64,000 bases of DNA from Isurus oxyrinchus (taxonomy: Eukaryota), in the NCBI GenBank assembly GCA_026770705.1, contig JANJGN010000038.1, positions 4,960,001 through 5,024,000 on the forward strand. The letters run 5' to 3'. Under the pieces are notes generated by a model. The model ran no database searches. It was not told the DNA's origin and saw only the letters and a program-made list of their open reading frames with translations. A program made the position numbers and the translations under genes. Numbering within the stretch: the first letter of the stretch is position 1; each line of letters begins with the position of its first letter. Below, piece by piece: positions 1 to 11,725 of the stretch.

Positions 1-272
1 GGTTATGGGTCTCACATACATGGAGCATCATTACCTTCATCCCCAATTTTAATCACTCCACCATTGGTGGCCGGGCCTTCAGCTGCCTGGACCCTCAGCT
101 CTGGAATTTCCTCCCTAAACCTCTCCACCTTTCTAATTCACTTTCCCCCTTTCAGACACTCCTTATAACTGACCTCCTTGACCAAGCATTTGGTCATCTG
201 ACCTAATATGTCCTTATGCCCCTGTGAAACTTCTCGGGACAATGAGAAGCTCAATATAAATATAAGTTGTTG
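1..272 (+). mobile_element. L2-type LINE 3' end fragment
   Basis: GCCTTCAGC..CTCTGGAAT..CCTCCCTAAACCTCTC..TTGACCAAGC and an ATATAAAT..AAGTTGTTG tail; same tail at 5090-5355 follows an L2 ORF2 fragment. Confidence 0.7.
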
Positions 273-294
273 CATTTGTTGATGTAATTCAGTC

Positions 295-425
295 AGACCT
301 GATCACTTATTGAGTCTGTATCAATGTAACTCACATAGACACAGCTTGTGTCATAGTTCAGTGAGACCTGATCACTTACTGTGAGTGAGTTTGTATTAAT
401 GTAACTCGTATAGACACAGCTTGTT
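295..425. repeat. Two-copy imperfect tandem duplication (~65-70 bp unit)
   Basis: AGACCTGATCACTTA..AATGTAACTC..ATAGACACAGCTTGT occurs at ~295-350 and ~365-425. Confidence 0.75.
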
Positions 426-843
426 GGAACAGACCTGTGGAGAAGGAAGCTCTGAATTAATCACTGCACCTTCTGTTCTCCACAGTTGGGAAAAAGCTGA
501 TTCTTTCCAAACATCTATATGACGAATCAAGTAATTAAAGATAATTTGTTGTTTTGAACTGAATTATTTGGTAGAATTAGACTGAAGGAGTGGGATTGAC
601 CCACAGCCTGAGTCAGCACTTTAAGGACAGGAAGAGAGAGAACTTGGAGAGGAGAAAAGAATTAGTAGGTGACTGGGCACTGAATCTGGAACAATGAGCA
701 GAGAGGGGCAGGAGTGTGTGGGACAGGGATTTATAGATTTGGGGGAATGAAAGGAGAAAGAGTGTTCCAAAGAAACTAGAATTGTCAGTTTTGAATTTCT
801 ATCCTGTACTGACAGTGATGACTTTTGTCAACTCTGTTTACAG

Positions 844-1030
844 GGGATTAGAGGGAGAGCATTTCAGATGGGGAAACTCAAACCAAAAATCTCGACAAGA
901 TCTTATAGAATCACTGAATTCATAAATGACCAGCCTTTGATTATGGAAGGATGAATGTTTGTCTGTTCTGTCTGTGGGAAAGATTCACATCATAATTTGA
1001 CTGGAAACTCACCAGAACACATACACCCGA
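844..1030 (+). pseudogene. 5' fragment of a C2H2 zinc-finger exon, truncated by an L2 insertion
   Basis: Acceptor TGTTTACAG|GGGATTAGAGGG; leader homologous to the exon starting at 3229 (minus); degenerate first finger (FVCSVCGK..HQNT) with stops. Confidence 0.6.
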
Positions 1031-1034
1031 GGCG

Positions 1035-2190
1035 GAACATATGTCGGGGTCAAACCTGACATCACTTGTGCAAAAAGTCTGGTTTAGTCTCAGACAGTTG
1101 CCAGTGGGAGGAATCGAGTTGGTATCTAGGGAATGAAAACAATGGCTTCGGTCTTCCCAATATTGAATTGGAGGAAATTTCTGCACATCCACCATTGAAT
1201 AACAGACAAACAGTCTGATAATTTAATAAAAGTGGAGAAGTGGAGAGAGGTGGTGGTGAGGTAGAGCTGGGCACTGATAGTGTACACGTGATAACTGACA
1301 CTGTCTTTTCAGATGATGTCGTTGTGGGGAGAATGTTGATGAGGAGGCCAAGGCTGGATCCTGTGGGGACATCAGAGGTAACTGTGGGAGTGGGAAGGGA
1401 AGACATTACAAGTAATTCTCTAGCTATGATTCGACAGAGAAGAATGGAACCAGTAGAGAGCAGCCCCACCCAGCTGGATGACAGTGGAGAGGTATTGGAG
1501 CAGAATGGTGTGGTCAACCCTGTCAAAGGCTGCAGACAGGTTGAGAAGGGATAGTTTCCCTTTGTCACTGTCACATAGGATATCATTGGCGCTTTGATCA
1601 GAGCTGTTTCAGTCCAGTGGCAAGGGCAGAAACCTGATTGGAGGGATTCAAACATGGAGTTCTGGGAAACATGGGCACGGATTTGGGAGGTGTGAATATG
1701 TTTGAGGAGTTTGGAGAGGAAAGGAAGGTAGGAGATGGGACAGCAGTTTGCAAGGACAAGGCCAAAGGTTTGTTTATTGAAGAGGGCTTGATGATGTCAG
1801 ATTTGAAGGAGAGAGGGACAGTAACTGAAGAGAGAGAACCATTAACAATCTCAGTGAAAATGGGCAAGTTGGGTGACCAGCAGTTTAGTGGGGATAGGGT
1901 CAATGGAGCAGGAGGTGGGTCTCATGGACAAGATGAACACTGAGAGGGCATGAGAGGAGATGGGAGCGAAACTAAAGAAAAATGTGGGTTCAGGACTCGG
2001 ACAAGAGGGATCTTTAGAGACAGTTTGGCCGGGTGGGCTCACGGAAGGGAGGGAAGCAGCAGAGGCAGCTGATCGGATTGTCTCAATCTTAGTGACAAAG
2101 AAGCTCCATGAGCTCCTCACACTTGTTGTTGGAGGTGAGGGTGGAGGAGACAGGGGAGAGGGAGAGACCTTCAAAAGGAACTAATTTGTA
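1035..2190 (-). mobile_element. L2-clade LINE ORF2 (reverse transcriptase) fragment, decayed
   Basis: Minus-strand motifs FESLQSGF.P.H.TETALIK, DLSAAFD.VDH, FFVTKIETIR, GNCLRLNQT; many frameshifts. Confidence 0.85.
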
Positions 2191-2337
2191 TGTTTAACAC
2201 AGAGCTGATTTATTTGACTTTATTCAGAATATTAACAGCTATAACTGGGTTGGAGTTTATTAACATTAGTAGAAACAGATCGCAATCAACATGGTTCAGT
2301 CCAGGATGCAATTAACAGCAAAATCCAATCACTGTTG

Positions 2338-3229
2338 TCACTTGTGAATTTGCTGGTGTCTCAGCAGGTGGGATAACTGAGTGAATCCCTTCTCACACTC
2401 GGAGCAGGTGAACGGTCTCTCTCCGGTGTGAACTCGCTGGTGTGTCAACAGGTTGGGTAACTGAGTGAATCCCTTCCCACACGCGGGGCGGGTGAACAGT
2501 CTCTCTCCGCTGTGAACTCGCTGGTGTACTGTGAGTTGAGATGATTCCCTGAACCCAGTTCTGCAGTGAGAGCACCTGAACGTCACTCGTCACTGTGAAC
2601 ACGTCAATGGGACATCAGTTCCCCGCAGCTTTTATAGCACTTCCCACAGTCTGAGCATTTGAATGGTCTCTCCCCAGTGTGAAGTCGCTGGTGTGTCAGC
2701 AGGTCAGATGTCTGAGTGAATCCTTTCCCACACGTGGAGCAGGTGATCGGTCTCACCACAGTGTGAAGTCATTCATGTGTCAGCAAGTTGAATGGCTGAG
2801 TGAATCCCTTCCCACACACGGAGCAGGTAAATGGTTTCTCCCCAGTGTGAACCCGCTGGTGTGTCAGCAGATGGGATGAACAAGTGAACCTTTTCCCACA
2901 CATGGAGCAGGTGAATGGTCTGTCTCAGGTGTGACTGTGCCAAGGAGTTTCCAGTTCAGACGGGTAATTGAATCCCTTACCACGGTCCCCACATTTCCAG
3001 TTTCTCCCTGTTATCTCTGCATTTATGTTTTGACAGGTCAGATGATTGGCTGAAGCCTCGTCCACACACACAACACGTGTGCGGTTTCTCCCCACTGTGA
3101 ACGGTGCTTTTTCCTTCCATGTTCAAAATCCAATGATATTCAGGATATGATAAATTGGGCGACTCCATCAGATCCTGATGTGATGTTTGGTTTCAGTTTC
3201 ACGACTGCAAATCCTCCCCTTCTAACACC
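2338..3229 (-). pseudogene. Krueppel-type C2H2 zinc-finger gene, terminal exon with 9 fingers, disrupted
   Basis: Acceptor TTCACAG|GGTG at 3230-3231; MEGKSTVHSGEKPHTC.. then repeated HTGE[KR]PF.C..CGKGF; frameshift near 3000, in-frame TGAs in fingers 4 and 6, frameshift near 2585; ends HQQIHK*. Confidence 0.9.
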
Positions 3230-4293
3230 CTGTGAAGTTGATTTAAAACAGAAAAAGGGAGTGAGAGAGAACCCACAAAAACACAAAGGCAGGTTGTGAA
3301 ATTGAGCTGAATGAATCTGGGAATTTGTGGGGCCGGCACGAGGAAAAAGTGACCATGAAAACTGCTGGATCGTCATAAAAACCCAACAGTTCACTAATGT
3401 CCATCAGGGAAGGGAACCTGCCGCCCGGTCTGGATCTACAAAAGACTCTGGCATCTATTGAAGGACAGAAAGAGAGAGACGGAGGAGAGAGGTGAGAGCA
3501 GCAGGTAGTGAAGATGATCTTACATATCTGCATCTCGATAAGAATTCTGACAGAATCTCCCTCCACCTCCATCCAGGGGAGCAGGAGCATATGAAAACCA
3601 TCCTGACGTGTCTAACATTCAGTCCTGGGTTAACTGAAATTTCCTCCATTTACATATTGGGAAGGCAGTGGCAGTAGCTCGAACAAACCCGCATTGCTGT
3701 GGGTCTGGACCAGAACAGGTAAGGACAGCAGATTTCGTAAAAGACATTAGTGACCCAGATGGGTTCTACAACAATCTGCAATGGTTTCATGGTCATCATC
3801 AGACTTTTAATCCCAGATTTTTATTGAATTCAAAGTCTACCAACTGATTGTGGCAGGATTCGAACCCAGGTCCCCAGACCCCAACTGGGTCCCTGAATTA
3901 CTAGTCCAACAACAATGCCACTACACCATCACCTCACCACATGGACTGCAGTTCAATAAGGCAGCTCATCACCACCACCTTCTCAAGGGAAACTAGGGAC
4001 GGCCAATAATCAGATCCTGTTGTGATGTTTGGTTTGGGTTTCCTGACTACAAATCCTCCCCTTCTAATACCCTGTTAAATTGACTTAAAACAGAAAAAGG
4101 GAGTGAGAGAGAACCCACAAAAACACAAAGGCAAGTTGGGAAATTGAGCTGAATGAATCTGGGAATTTGTGGGGCCGGCACGAGGAAAAAGTGACCATGA
4201 AAACTGCTGGATTGTCATAAAAACCCAACTGGTTCACTAATGTCCTTCAGGGAAGGGAACCTGCCACCCAGTCTGGGCCTACACAAGACTCTG
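3168..4293. repeat. Direct duplication (3168-3452 and 4010-4293) of the ZNF splice-acceptor region plus a SINE core fragment
   Basis: Near-identical ~285-bp copies; the second keeps an AG acceptor at 4072-4073 (minus). Confidence 0.9.
3670..3935 (-). mobile_element. tRNA-headed shark SINE
   Basis: Minus strand has A box TGGTGTAGTGG and B box GGTTCGAATCC, then the core GACCATGAAAC..CCCATCTGG..CACTAATGTC also seen at 3350-3420. Confidence 0.75.
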
Positions 4294-4319
4294 GTGTCAA
4301 TAATAAAGCAAGTGTTGGG

Positions 4320-4512
4320 GCAGCAGGAGACCACATGGCCCTTCGAGCCTGCTCCACCATTAAATATGATTGTGGCTTCTCTTGGACTTCAACTCCACTT
4401 TCCCACCCACTCCCCATATCCCTCGACTCTCTGAGAGACCAAAAATCTCCCCATCTCAGCCTGAAATATATTCAATGATGTAGCATCCACAACCTGCTGG
4501 GCTGGAGAATTC
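4320..4512 (-). mobile_element. CR1 LINE 3' end fragment
   Basis: GGCCCTTCGAGCCTGCTCCACCATT..ATGAT..TGGCT terminus, recurring at 7700, 27760, 34520. Confidence 0.7.
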
Positions 4513-4719
4513 TATGTGACAGAAGGAGAAAAGGAGAGAGAGAGAAAGTCAGAGAGAGGAGTGGGAGAGGCAGGGGGTGAGGAGAGGGATTTTCATAGAC
4601 CTACAAATAGCCCAGAACTTTGACAGAATCTCCCAAACCTTCAACCTCTACCCCCTAGAAGGCCCAGGGTAGCAGGTGTATGTGAACACCATCACCTCCA
4701 AGTCACACACCGTCCTGAC

Positions 4720-5355
4720 TTGTCTGACATCCAGTACTGGATGAACAGAAATTTCCTCTATTTCAATATTGGGAAGATTGAAGCCATTGTCTTCAATCCC
4801 CGCTACAAACTCCACTCCATAGCCACCGACTCCATCCCTCTCCCTGACAACTATCTGAGACTGAACCAGACTGTTCACAGTCATGGTGAAATATTTCACC
4901 CCAAGATGAGCTTCCAACCACATATCCACATCATCTCCAAGACCACCTATTTCCATCTCAGTAACATCGTCTGACTCCACCCCTGATTTTCAAATTCCTG
5001 TATGGCTGCTCCCTGTTGCTGGAATCTCCTCCAGCATCACAGCCCTCGGAGATATCTGCTCTCCTCTAATTTGGCCTACTGAGTGTTCCTGATTTCTATT
5101 GTTCCACATTAGTGCCCATTCTGTCACTTTCCAAAGCTCCAAGCTCTGGAATTCACTCCCTAAACCTCTCCCATTCTCTACCTCATTTTCCTCCTTTAAG
5201 ATACTCCATAAAACCCACTTCTTTGACCAAACGATTGGTCACCTGCCCTAATATTGCCTCATGTGTCAAACCTTGCTTTGTAATGTTTCCATGAAATGCC
5301 TTGGAACATGGTCTTACATTAAAAGTGCGATATAAATACAAATTGCTGTTGTTGA
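4720..5355 (+). mobile_element. L2-clade LINE ORF2 C-terminus and 3' tail, nested within another LINE 3' UTR (4640-4720 and 5358-5510)
   Basis: SDIQYWMNRNFL.LNIGK.EAIVF..LRLNQTV..YFHL.NI; the flanks rejoin into the tail seen at 12720-13030. Confidence 0.85.
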
Positions 5356-6098
5356 TTTGGACAAATATCACTGTTCCTTCATCATCGCCCGGTGAATAAC
5401 CTGTAACTCCTTACTTAACAGCATTGTGGGAGCACCTTCACCACACGGACTGCAGTGGTTCAAGAAGGTCAAACATCATCTTCTCCATAGGTAACTAAGG
5501 GTCACAATAGACGCTGGTATCTGTGGAGAGGGAAGCAGAGTTAATATTTCAGGGTGTGCAGAATGAATTACAGGGAGTAAAATGCTGCAGAATTTGATGA
5601 TCAATATAACTTCAGAAGTGGAAGAGAAATGGACTATAGTGCAGGACAAACAATTCCTGATTGTGAAAGATACTGTGGGAAGATAAAGCTGGTAAGGCAG
5701 CAGCTCATGGTCAGGAGATGGGCAGCAGTGGAAACATCATTTAGACACAGTTGGCAGAAGTAACAATAAAATACAAAACTTAACTCAAATACATCCATTA
5801 TTAGAGACAGAGGATGTTAGACAATGGCAGAGAGGTGATCAGGAAGGGCAGAGGTGAAACAGAGCAATGGATAGACATGGATTCAGATCCTCAGTAAAGG
5901 AGCCACACCAGCCCCAGAGTTATGGAACCTCTCCAGAATACAGAGCACAGCACTAAAAGCTCTAAATTGTAGATGGATGGTGAAAAATACTCACCTCTGA
6001 AACAACTTCACCATTTTCAAATTTAAATTCTCCTGCTGGATCCTGCAGCTGGAAAGATATCAGAAACGCTGGAGTCAGAGAAAAATCTCTCAGTTGAG

Positions 6099-6201
6099 GA
6101 TGATGTCACTGTGTAATTGTCAATGTGTGATGATGTCACAGTGTAATTGTTGATGTGTGATGATGTCACAGTGTAATTGTCGATGTGTGAAGATGTCACA
6201 G
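6099..6201. repeat. 30-bp minisatellite, ~3.4 copies
   Basis: Unit TGATGTCACAGTGTAATTGTTGATGTGTGA. Confidence 0.9.
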
Positions 6202-6249
6202 ACACAAACACAGAACATTTGGGTCTGTGCAAACCCGTGATAACCACAT

Positions 6250-6548
6250 ATTGTGAAGGATGTGAGGGTCCTTGAGAGGGGGCAGAGGAGATTGACCAGA
6301 ATAGTTCGATGAGGTGTTTTAATTATAAGATTAGGTTTGAGAAACCGAGGTTGTTCTCCTTGGAGTAAAGGAGCTTGAGGGGAGATTTGATAGAGGTGTA
6401 CAGGATTATGAAAGGTAGTTAAATAAAAGCTGTTCCCATTAGCTGATTACGAAAGGATTAAGGGACAGAGATTTAAGATTTTAGGTAAGATCCACAATGT
6501 GAGGCAGAGATTTTTTAACCAGTAACTGAAAAAGACCTGGAACTCAAT
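6250..6548 (+). mobile_element. CR1 LINE ORF2 C-terminal fragment
   Basis: Degenerate LE..QRRLTR..L.LFSLE.R.LRGDLIEVY.IM. Confidence 0.7.
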
Positions 6549-6554
6549 GCTTAC

Positions 6555-6679
6555 ATTTGAAGGCTGGTGTTATTCAGGTACTGGTGAATCCAGTGACTTT
6601 CAAATTTTGACATGATGTTTGGTTTTAGTTTTTCATCTCCCTCAAGTATCCCTTGAGTTTCCCCTCCTCTTCTAACATC
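6555..6679 (-). other. Putative 5' exon of the ZNF transcript
   Basis: Acceptor CCATTTACAG|GATG and donor AAT|GTAAGC; homologous to the ZNF exon leader; further donors at 6883/6882 (AAG|GTACCG) and 5995/5994 (GAG|GTGAGT). Confidence 0.5.
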
Positions 6680-6759
6680 CTGTAAATGGAATTCAAAAAA
6701 TCCATCAGTCAATCCAGGATTGAAATTCAGAACATTCTCTCCTCCTGCTACCTGGACCA

Positions 6760-7120
6760 GATGACCGCGCATGCGCCCTGCTGCACATTGCCCCTGATAA
6801 AGATGGCGGCCGTTACCCAGGGCTTGGCGAAGGGAGAAAGGCAGATTTTTTGGCCATTTCTCTGCAAACACAAGACCGGTACCTTGTTATTTGGGGTCTG
6901 CGGCCTGCACTGTGTGTTAATGAAACCTCCCTGCCCACTCCGCTGGCTCCATTTCTCCTCACACACCCACTAACTCTGTTAGTTTGCTCCACTCGACATT
7001 CTCTCGCTCTCTGAGCAGCTTGAGTCACAGACCAGCGCTGCGCATGCTCATGAAGCAGACCGCAATGCGCATGCCCCACCACACTCAGAAGGGCGCATGC
7101 GTGAGGCGCTGCTGTCGTGG
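6760..7120 (-). promoter_or_regulatory. CpG-rich promoter of the ZNF gene with NRF1 and YY1 motifs
   Basis: GCGCATGCGC 6767-6776; NRF1-like sites at 7040, 7067, 7093; YY1 AAGATGGCGGC 6800-6810; TGAGTCA 7021-7027; CpGs retained. Confidence 0.7.
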
Positions 7121-7679
7121 TGATAGGACACATTCTGCCCTGCAGCGAATGCTGGGTGAGCACTCTACCATTGAAATATTATATTGTAGAACAGAAACCT
7201 ATGCTCTGTAATCAGAATACGATGGGGGCCATAGGGGCAAGACATAAAATTGTTGAATCAATTGATGCAGCAGCCAAATTGCTCCCGGCTCCACCACAAT
7301 TCTCTCCTGGATGCAGAACAAACCCTGACACTTAGATCTTAACTCAGTGGAGTCTCAGCAGATGGATTGAGCTGGTAACTTTTTCCCCTTTACATGGAAC
7401 ATTTATACCGTGTCTTGTCAGTATCTCTGCTCTGATTGTGGATCCAATCTTTTGAAATTTTAAAGTTGGAGTGTGGGCAAACTGAATAAAGCCCTTTGCA
7501 CACGTGAAGTAGCTGAATGGCCTCCCACCAGCAAGACTGGGTTGCTGTGTCAGTAAGGGGATGAGAGTGAATCCCTTTCCAATTTTAGCTGGTGAACAAT
7601 CAGTTGACAGTGTGAGTTTAACTATACATTTTCAGCTCAGACATGGATCTCGAAACCTACTGGTAATGGGTTCCACATT

Positions 7680-8065
7680 CTTAGAAATACATAAAAAAAA
7701 GGAGCAGGAATAGGCCATTCGGCCCCTCAAGCCTGCTCTGCCATTTAATAAGATCATGGCTGACCTCATAGTAACCTGAAATCTGTACCCCACCTATCTC
7801 TGATAACCTATCACCCCCTTGATTACCAAGAATATGTCCACCATGGCCTTAAAAATATTCAAAGACTTTGCTTCCACAACCTTTTTCAGGAACAAAATTC
7901 CAAAGTTTCACGGCACTCTGAAAAAAAAAAGCTTCATCTCCATCTTAAGTGGGTGATCCCTTATTTTTAAACAGCGATCCCGAGCTCTAGATTCTCTCAC
8001 AAGAGGTAACATCCTCTCCAAATCCACCCTGTCAAGTAGACTGAGGATCTTGTATGTTTCACTGA
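7680..8065 (-). mobile_element. CR1 LINE 3' end
   Basis: GGAGCAGGAATAGGCCATTCGGCCCCTCAAGCCTGCTCTGCCATTTAATAAGATCATGGCTGA terminus plus ORF2 tail. Confidence 0.8.
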
Positions 8066-8079
8066 TCAGTTAAAGTAAA

Positions 8080-8210
8080 GCTAAATACTGCAGATGCTGG
8101 TTATCTGAAACAAAAAGAGAAAATACTGGAATTCTCAGCAGATCTGGGAGTGATTGTGGAGAGAGAGACATGGTTTTCATTTCAGGTCTGCAACCTTTCA
8201 TCAGAACTGT
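8080..8210 (-). mobile_element. Short Penelope-derived element with hammerhead core
   Basis: AAATACTGCAGATGCTGG..CTCAGCAG terminus; minus strand CTGATGA-A-AGGTT gca GACCT-GAAA at 8180-8204. Confidence 0.7.
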
Positions 8211-8739
8211 GTTGCATCTGAAATCTCAATCCAAAGATGTTGCCAGATGTGGTAAGGGAACTCAAAAAAGAAATGAAAATCCCCTTTGAGGAATGGAATC
8301 CAATGCGAATGAAGGGTGAACTGCCCGACTGACCAGAGACAGTCAAGGCACCTTTCCCTTCTTTAAGATGCTGATACAGTGACTCTGATGTTATCTGTGA
8401 AATTAACTGACCTGAGACGGTGAAAGGATTCTCATTACTGCACATCAGGAATTCTAACCTAATATCGGCTTTAGGACAATGAGAATACTTGGTAACAGAC
8501 AAGACAGCGAAATACTCGAAGGGAGGCACTCCAGTTGTAGGAGAGCTGGATCCTGATGACATGGATGTGTCTGCAGTGGGTGGGATCAGACTGTTTCAAC
8601 ATATCCACAATGAATATCTCACCCTTTATTTTGGAAGAGTAAAATTGATAGAGCACGATAACCATCTGTGTAGTGGTACCCTGTAGATTGGACTCACTGA
8701 CACCCCGGTTGGGATACCTTGTCAGTTAGGTTTATGTAA

Positions 8740-8813
8740 GAGTCTGTGGCGCTATTGGTCAGCAGATTTGCCTGTTAACTGAAAAGTTGGTTATTCAAGG
8801 CCACCCAGGGGGG
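8740..8813 (+). pseudogene. tRNA-Asn(GTT) pseudogene
   Basis: Aligns over 74 nt to vertebrate tRNA-Asn; loop CTGTTAA; stems and B box damaged. Confidence 0.85.
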
Positions 8814-9791
8814 TTAATGTTTTTCCCACTCATCACCAATCATTGTCACACGATTCCGGATTGTCATTGGGTACTTGGGCTGCAAGATATCTTCCCCAAA
8901 AACAGTGGCAGGTCTTTTGTTGTCCAGTGAGCTCCCACAGAAACAGCTTCTTTTTAAAATTACGTTTTCTGTCAAATACAATGAGAAAGGATTTGGACTT
9001 ACTATGTACCTTCATCTAACCTATTGGAAATCCAAGAAATTATTAGAATCAAACGAACCCTTCAATTATTCTCTCTTCCTCATTTCCACAGTGAGTAAGA
9101 CAGGGAAAAGCAGAAAAGCAGCAATATTCCGGACCCGCACTCTCCAATCACCCGCTGCCAGCAGAAAGCAGTGACTGCAGCTTCAGTCAGCAGTTACTGC
9201 CCATCCCTGGGACACAAGATACTCCAACCCGGGCCAAACCTCCCAATACACCGAGCACAGGCTCAGGAAAACACAGGTAGATTATATCCTGGTCACTAAA
9301 CCTCCGAGCAGCATTTACAGAATTCCCGAGTGAGTGAGTCACAAATAAAAGTCACACCAATTTTCTGAACATTTCACTGTAAAATTCCTTCATTTTATTG
9401 TAAATCTGACTGTTGTGATTCTGAAAATGAGCACCATGGGACTTGTGTTACTGAGTGACTTGTTTTCCATTGTTTGACCGTCAGGTTTGTAATTCAAATT
9501 GTGTTGGATATTGAAGGGAATCTGATTTCAAAATGAGGGCACAAAGCAGGTAAATATTAAATGGAGGATAAAATCCTGAGGAAAATGGATCACAGTATTT
9601 GGAAGGAGGTGCAGCTAAGAAGTGGAAGATGTGAATGATGTTATTGATGATTGAGAGGAATGAATTGCAACCTTGGGGCTTTTGTCAGCCGATTACGTTC
9701 CACACTTTAAAATTCCGATGAAGCTGAGGTATCAGGTGGAAAGCAAGAGGTTTAGCGATGTATGTTAGGAGACGAAACAGCTTTTTCACAT

Positions 9792-9846
9792 GCCTGGCTA
9801 GCTCACACTGTTGATCATGATACTCTTAATGTCAGGGTCATGGGCG
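9792..9846 (+). pseudogene. tRNA-Lys(CTT) pseudogene lacking the T arm
   Basis: GCCTGGCTAGCTCA..ACTCTTAAT..CAGGGTCATGGGCG; 18-nt deletion between TGGG repeats. Confidence 0.8.
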
Positions 9847-11032
9847 CTGTCATTGGTTAAAAATCTGAATAAGAGCCGTATGGACTGGAAGCATTGACCT
9901 TGTTTCTCACTCCAGCTGCTGAGTTTTTCCAGAATTTTCTGTGTTTGTTTCAGATTTCCATCATTCGCAGTTATTTGTTTTTATCTTTTTACTTTTAAAT
10001 CTTGCTGCTTAAAAAAAACACCAACTAATCACTGCAGCTCCTGTGAAACCTACAAGACAGAAATTCACCACTGAAAGCAACTGACACCTCAAATTGAAAG
10101 TAATTTCATGTCGCATCTCTTTCTGCTTCTGTCCCTGCCTCGCCTCCAGCTTCCTCTGACCGTCCAGCCCCCAGGTCAATTAGCTGCTTGATGCAGACAC
10201 AGTCTGTTCGTGGGAATGGGTAAAACTCGTGAGTAAGGAGACACCTGGATCTCATCTTCCCGATTCTCCCAGATACTGATTACAGGAAGGTGCACAGTGC
10301 CGATTATCCACAGTCACTCTCCTCCCAGTTGTTCAGCTTTGAAATTGATTTTCACACTGGGTTTCAAAGTGAAAAAAGCAGAGCTGTGATAAACTTATAT
10401 TTGTGCAGCAGATGAACTGCAAGAAGTTACATAACAGGCTGATGAAAACAGTACTCTTTGGACACGGTGAGCTCCAGTGAAGGATTGGTACCATTAATGT
10501 GTCGCTCATTTAGTCTCGTGACAAATCTCGTGCTGGAAATGACAAGAAAACTCACTGAATTTGCTCCGTGTTTCAGTTTCAAAAGAGCCAAATACAAGGT
10601 AAGAAAGTACATCTCTCTCGAGTGGGTTACAAAATGGCAGAATGACCTGTGCTGTTGCGAAACATAAAATTGTAGAAATTCGCAGCAGAAAAAGAGGCCT
10701 TTAAGCCGGGCATGCTGCTTTCAAAGAACAGTAGTGATTGGTTGATCCATCAGGAGTGATATTTGTGTCAGTGCAAACAGTAGGCAGCAAAATTCTTTCT
10801 TCTCCCACCCATATTTTGCCTCACACCAACCTTTCTATAGTCAGTGCTTTGCAACCAGCCCTTCTCTCCTCTCCTCTTCCTTCATTCCCTCACTCCACTT
10901 GAACCAAGTGTGATGTTTTCCAGCTCTTGAGGTGAAACTTAAATTCTCACTCCTCTGCTTCTGGTGGAGCTTTTAAACGTTTCCAATCAATGAGTGATCA
11001 GCACTCGTTCCAAAGAACTCATTAACTCGACA

Positions 11033-11097
11033 TTCCCTCACCGGGAATCGAACCCGAGCTGCGGCGGTGAGAGTCCTGACCACTAGACCACCAGGGA
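11033..11097 (-). pseudogene. tRNA-Glu(CTC) pseudogene with 7-nt deletion in the anticodon stem
   Basis: TCCCTGGTGGTCTAGTGGTCAGGA^CTCTCACCGCCGCAGCTCGGGTTCGATTCCCGGTGAGGGAA; A and B boxes intact. Confidence 0.9.
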
Positions 11098-11559
11098 AGT
11101 TGGGCCAAAGTATTTCGATTTGGCTTATCTACGCTGCTTTTGCCTATTGTTTTTCAGCTCAGGTTTCTTTCACCTCAAAACTGCCTGTTTCGGTTCAAGG
11201 CAAATGACTTCGTCAGTCAATGAAAACAAGTGTATCTGTGAGCTGGAACATGAAATTGACAGTGAGGTGAAATAGCCCCACAAGCTGCACATGCGCAACT
11301 TTCAATTTCCAAAGCCCTCCACCCAATTCGCTGTTGGTCCAATGGAAGCCCCAATCCCGAGTCACTGTACATCAGAGAAAAGACCAATAAGGCTTGACTT
11401 TTGTATTATGGAGGCAGCTTTTGACATTTTTTTTCATTCCCATTCTCTTTCACCAGAGACAACTTTCTTCGACCAATTGGTCTGTTTAGGTTGAACACAA
11501 GTGACTTCTTCACCAATGAGAAGAACCATTGCAGTGAGCTGGAACATGAAATTGATACT

Positions 11560-11725
11560 TTCCTCCTTTAAGACAGTTCTTAAAGCCTCCCCCTTTGCCT
11601 GAGCTTTTAGTCATCTGACCGAATATGAGGCTCGGTGTCACACTTTGTTATATAATGCTCCTGGAGAACGCCTTGTGACGTTTCTTACATTAAACGTGCT
11701 TTATAAATATAAGTTGTTGTTGTTG
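11560..11725 (+). mobile_element. L2 3' tail (paralogous copies at 14720-14880 minus and 38240-38395 plus)
   Basis: CCTCCTTTAAGACAGTTCTTAAAGCC..ATAAATATAAGTTGTTGTTG; inserted before the module duplicated. Confidence 0.7.
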
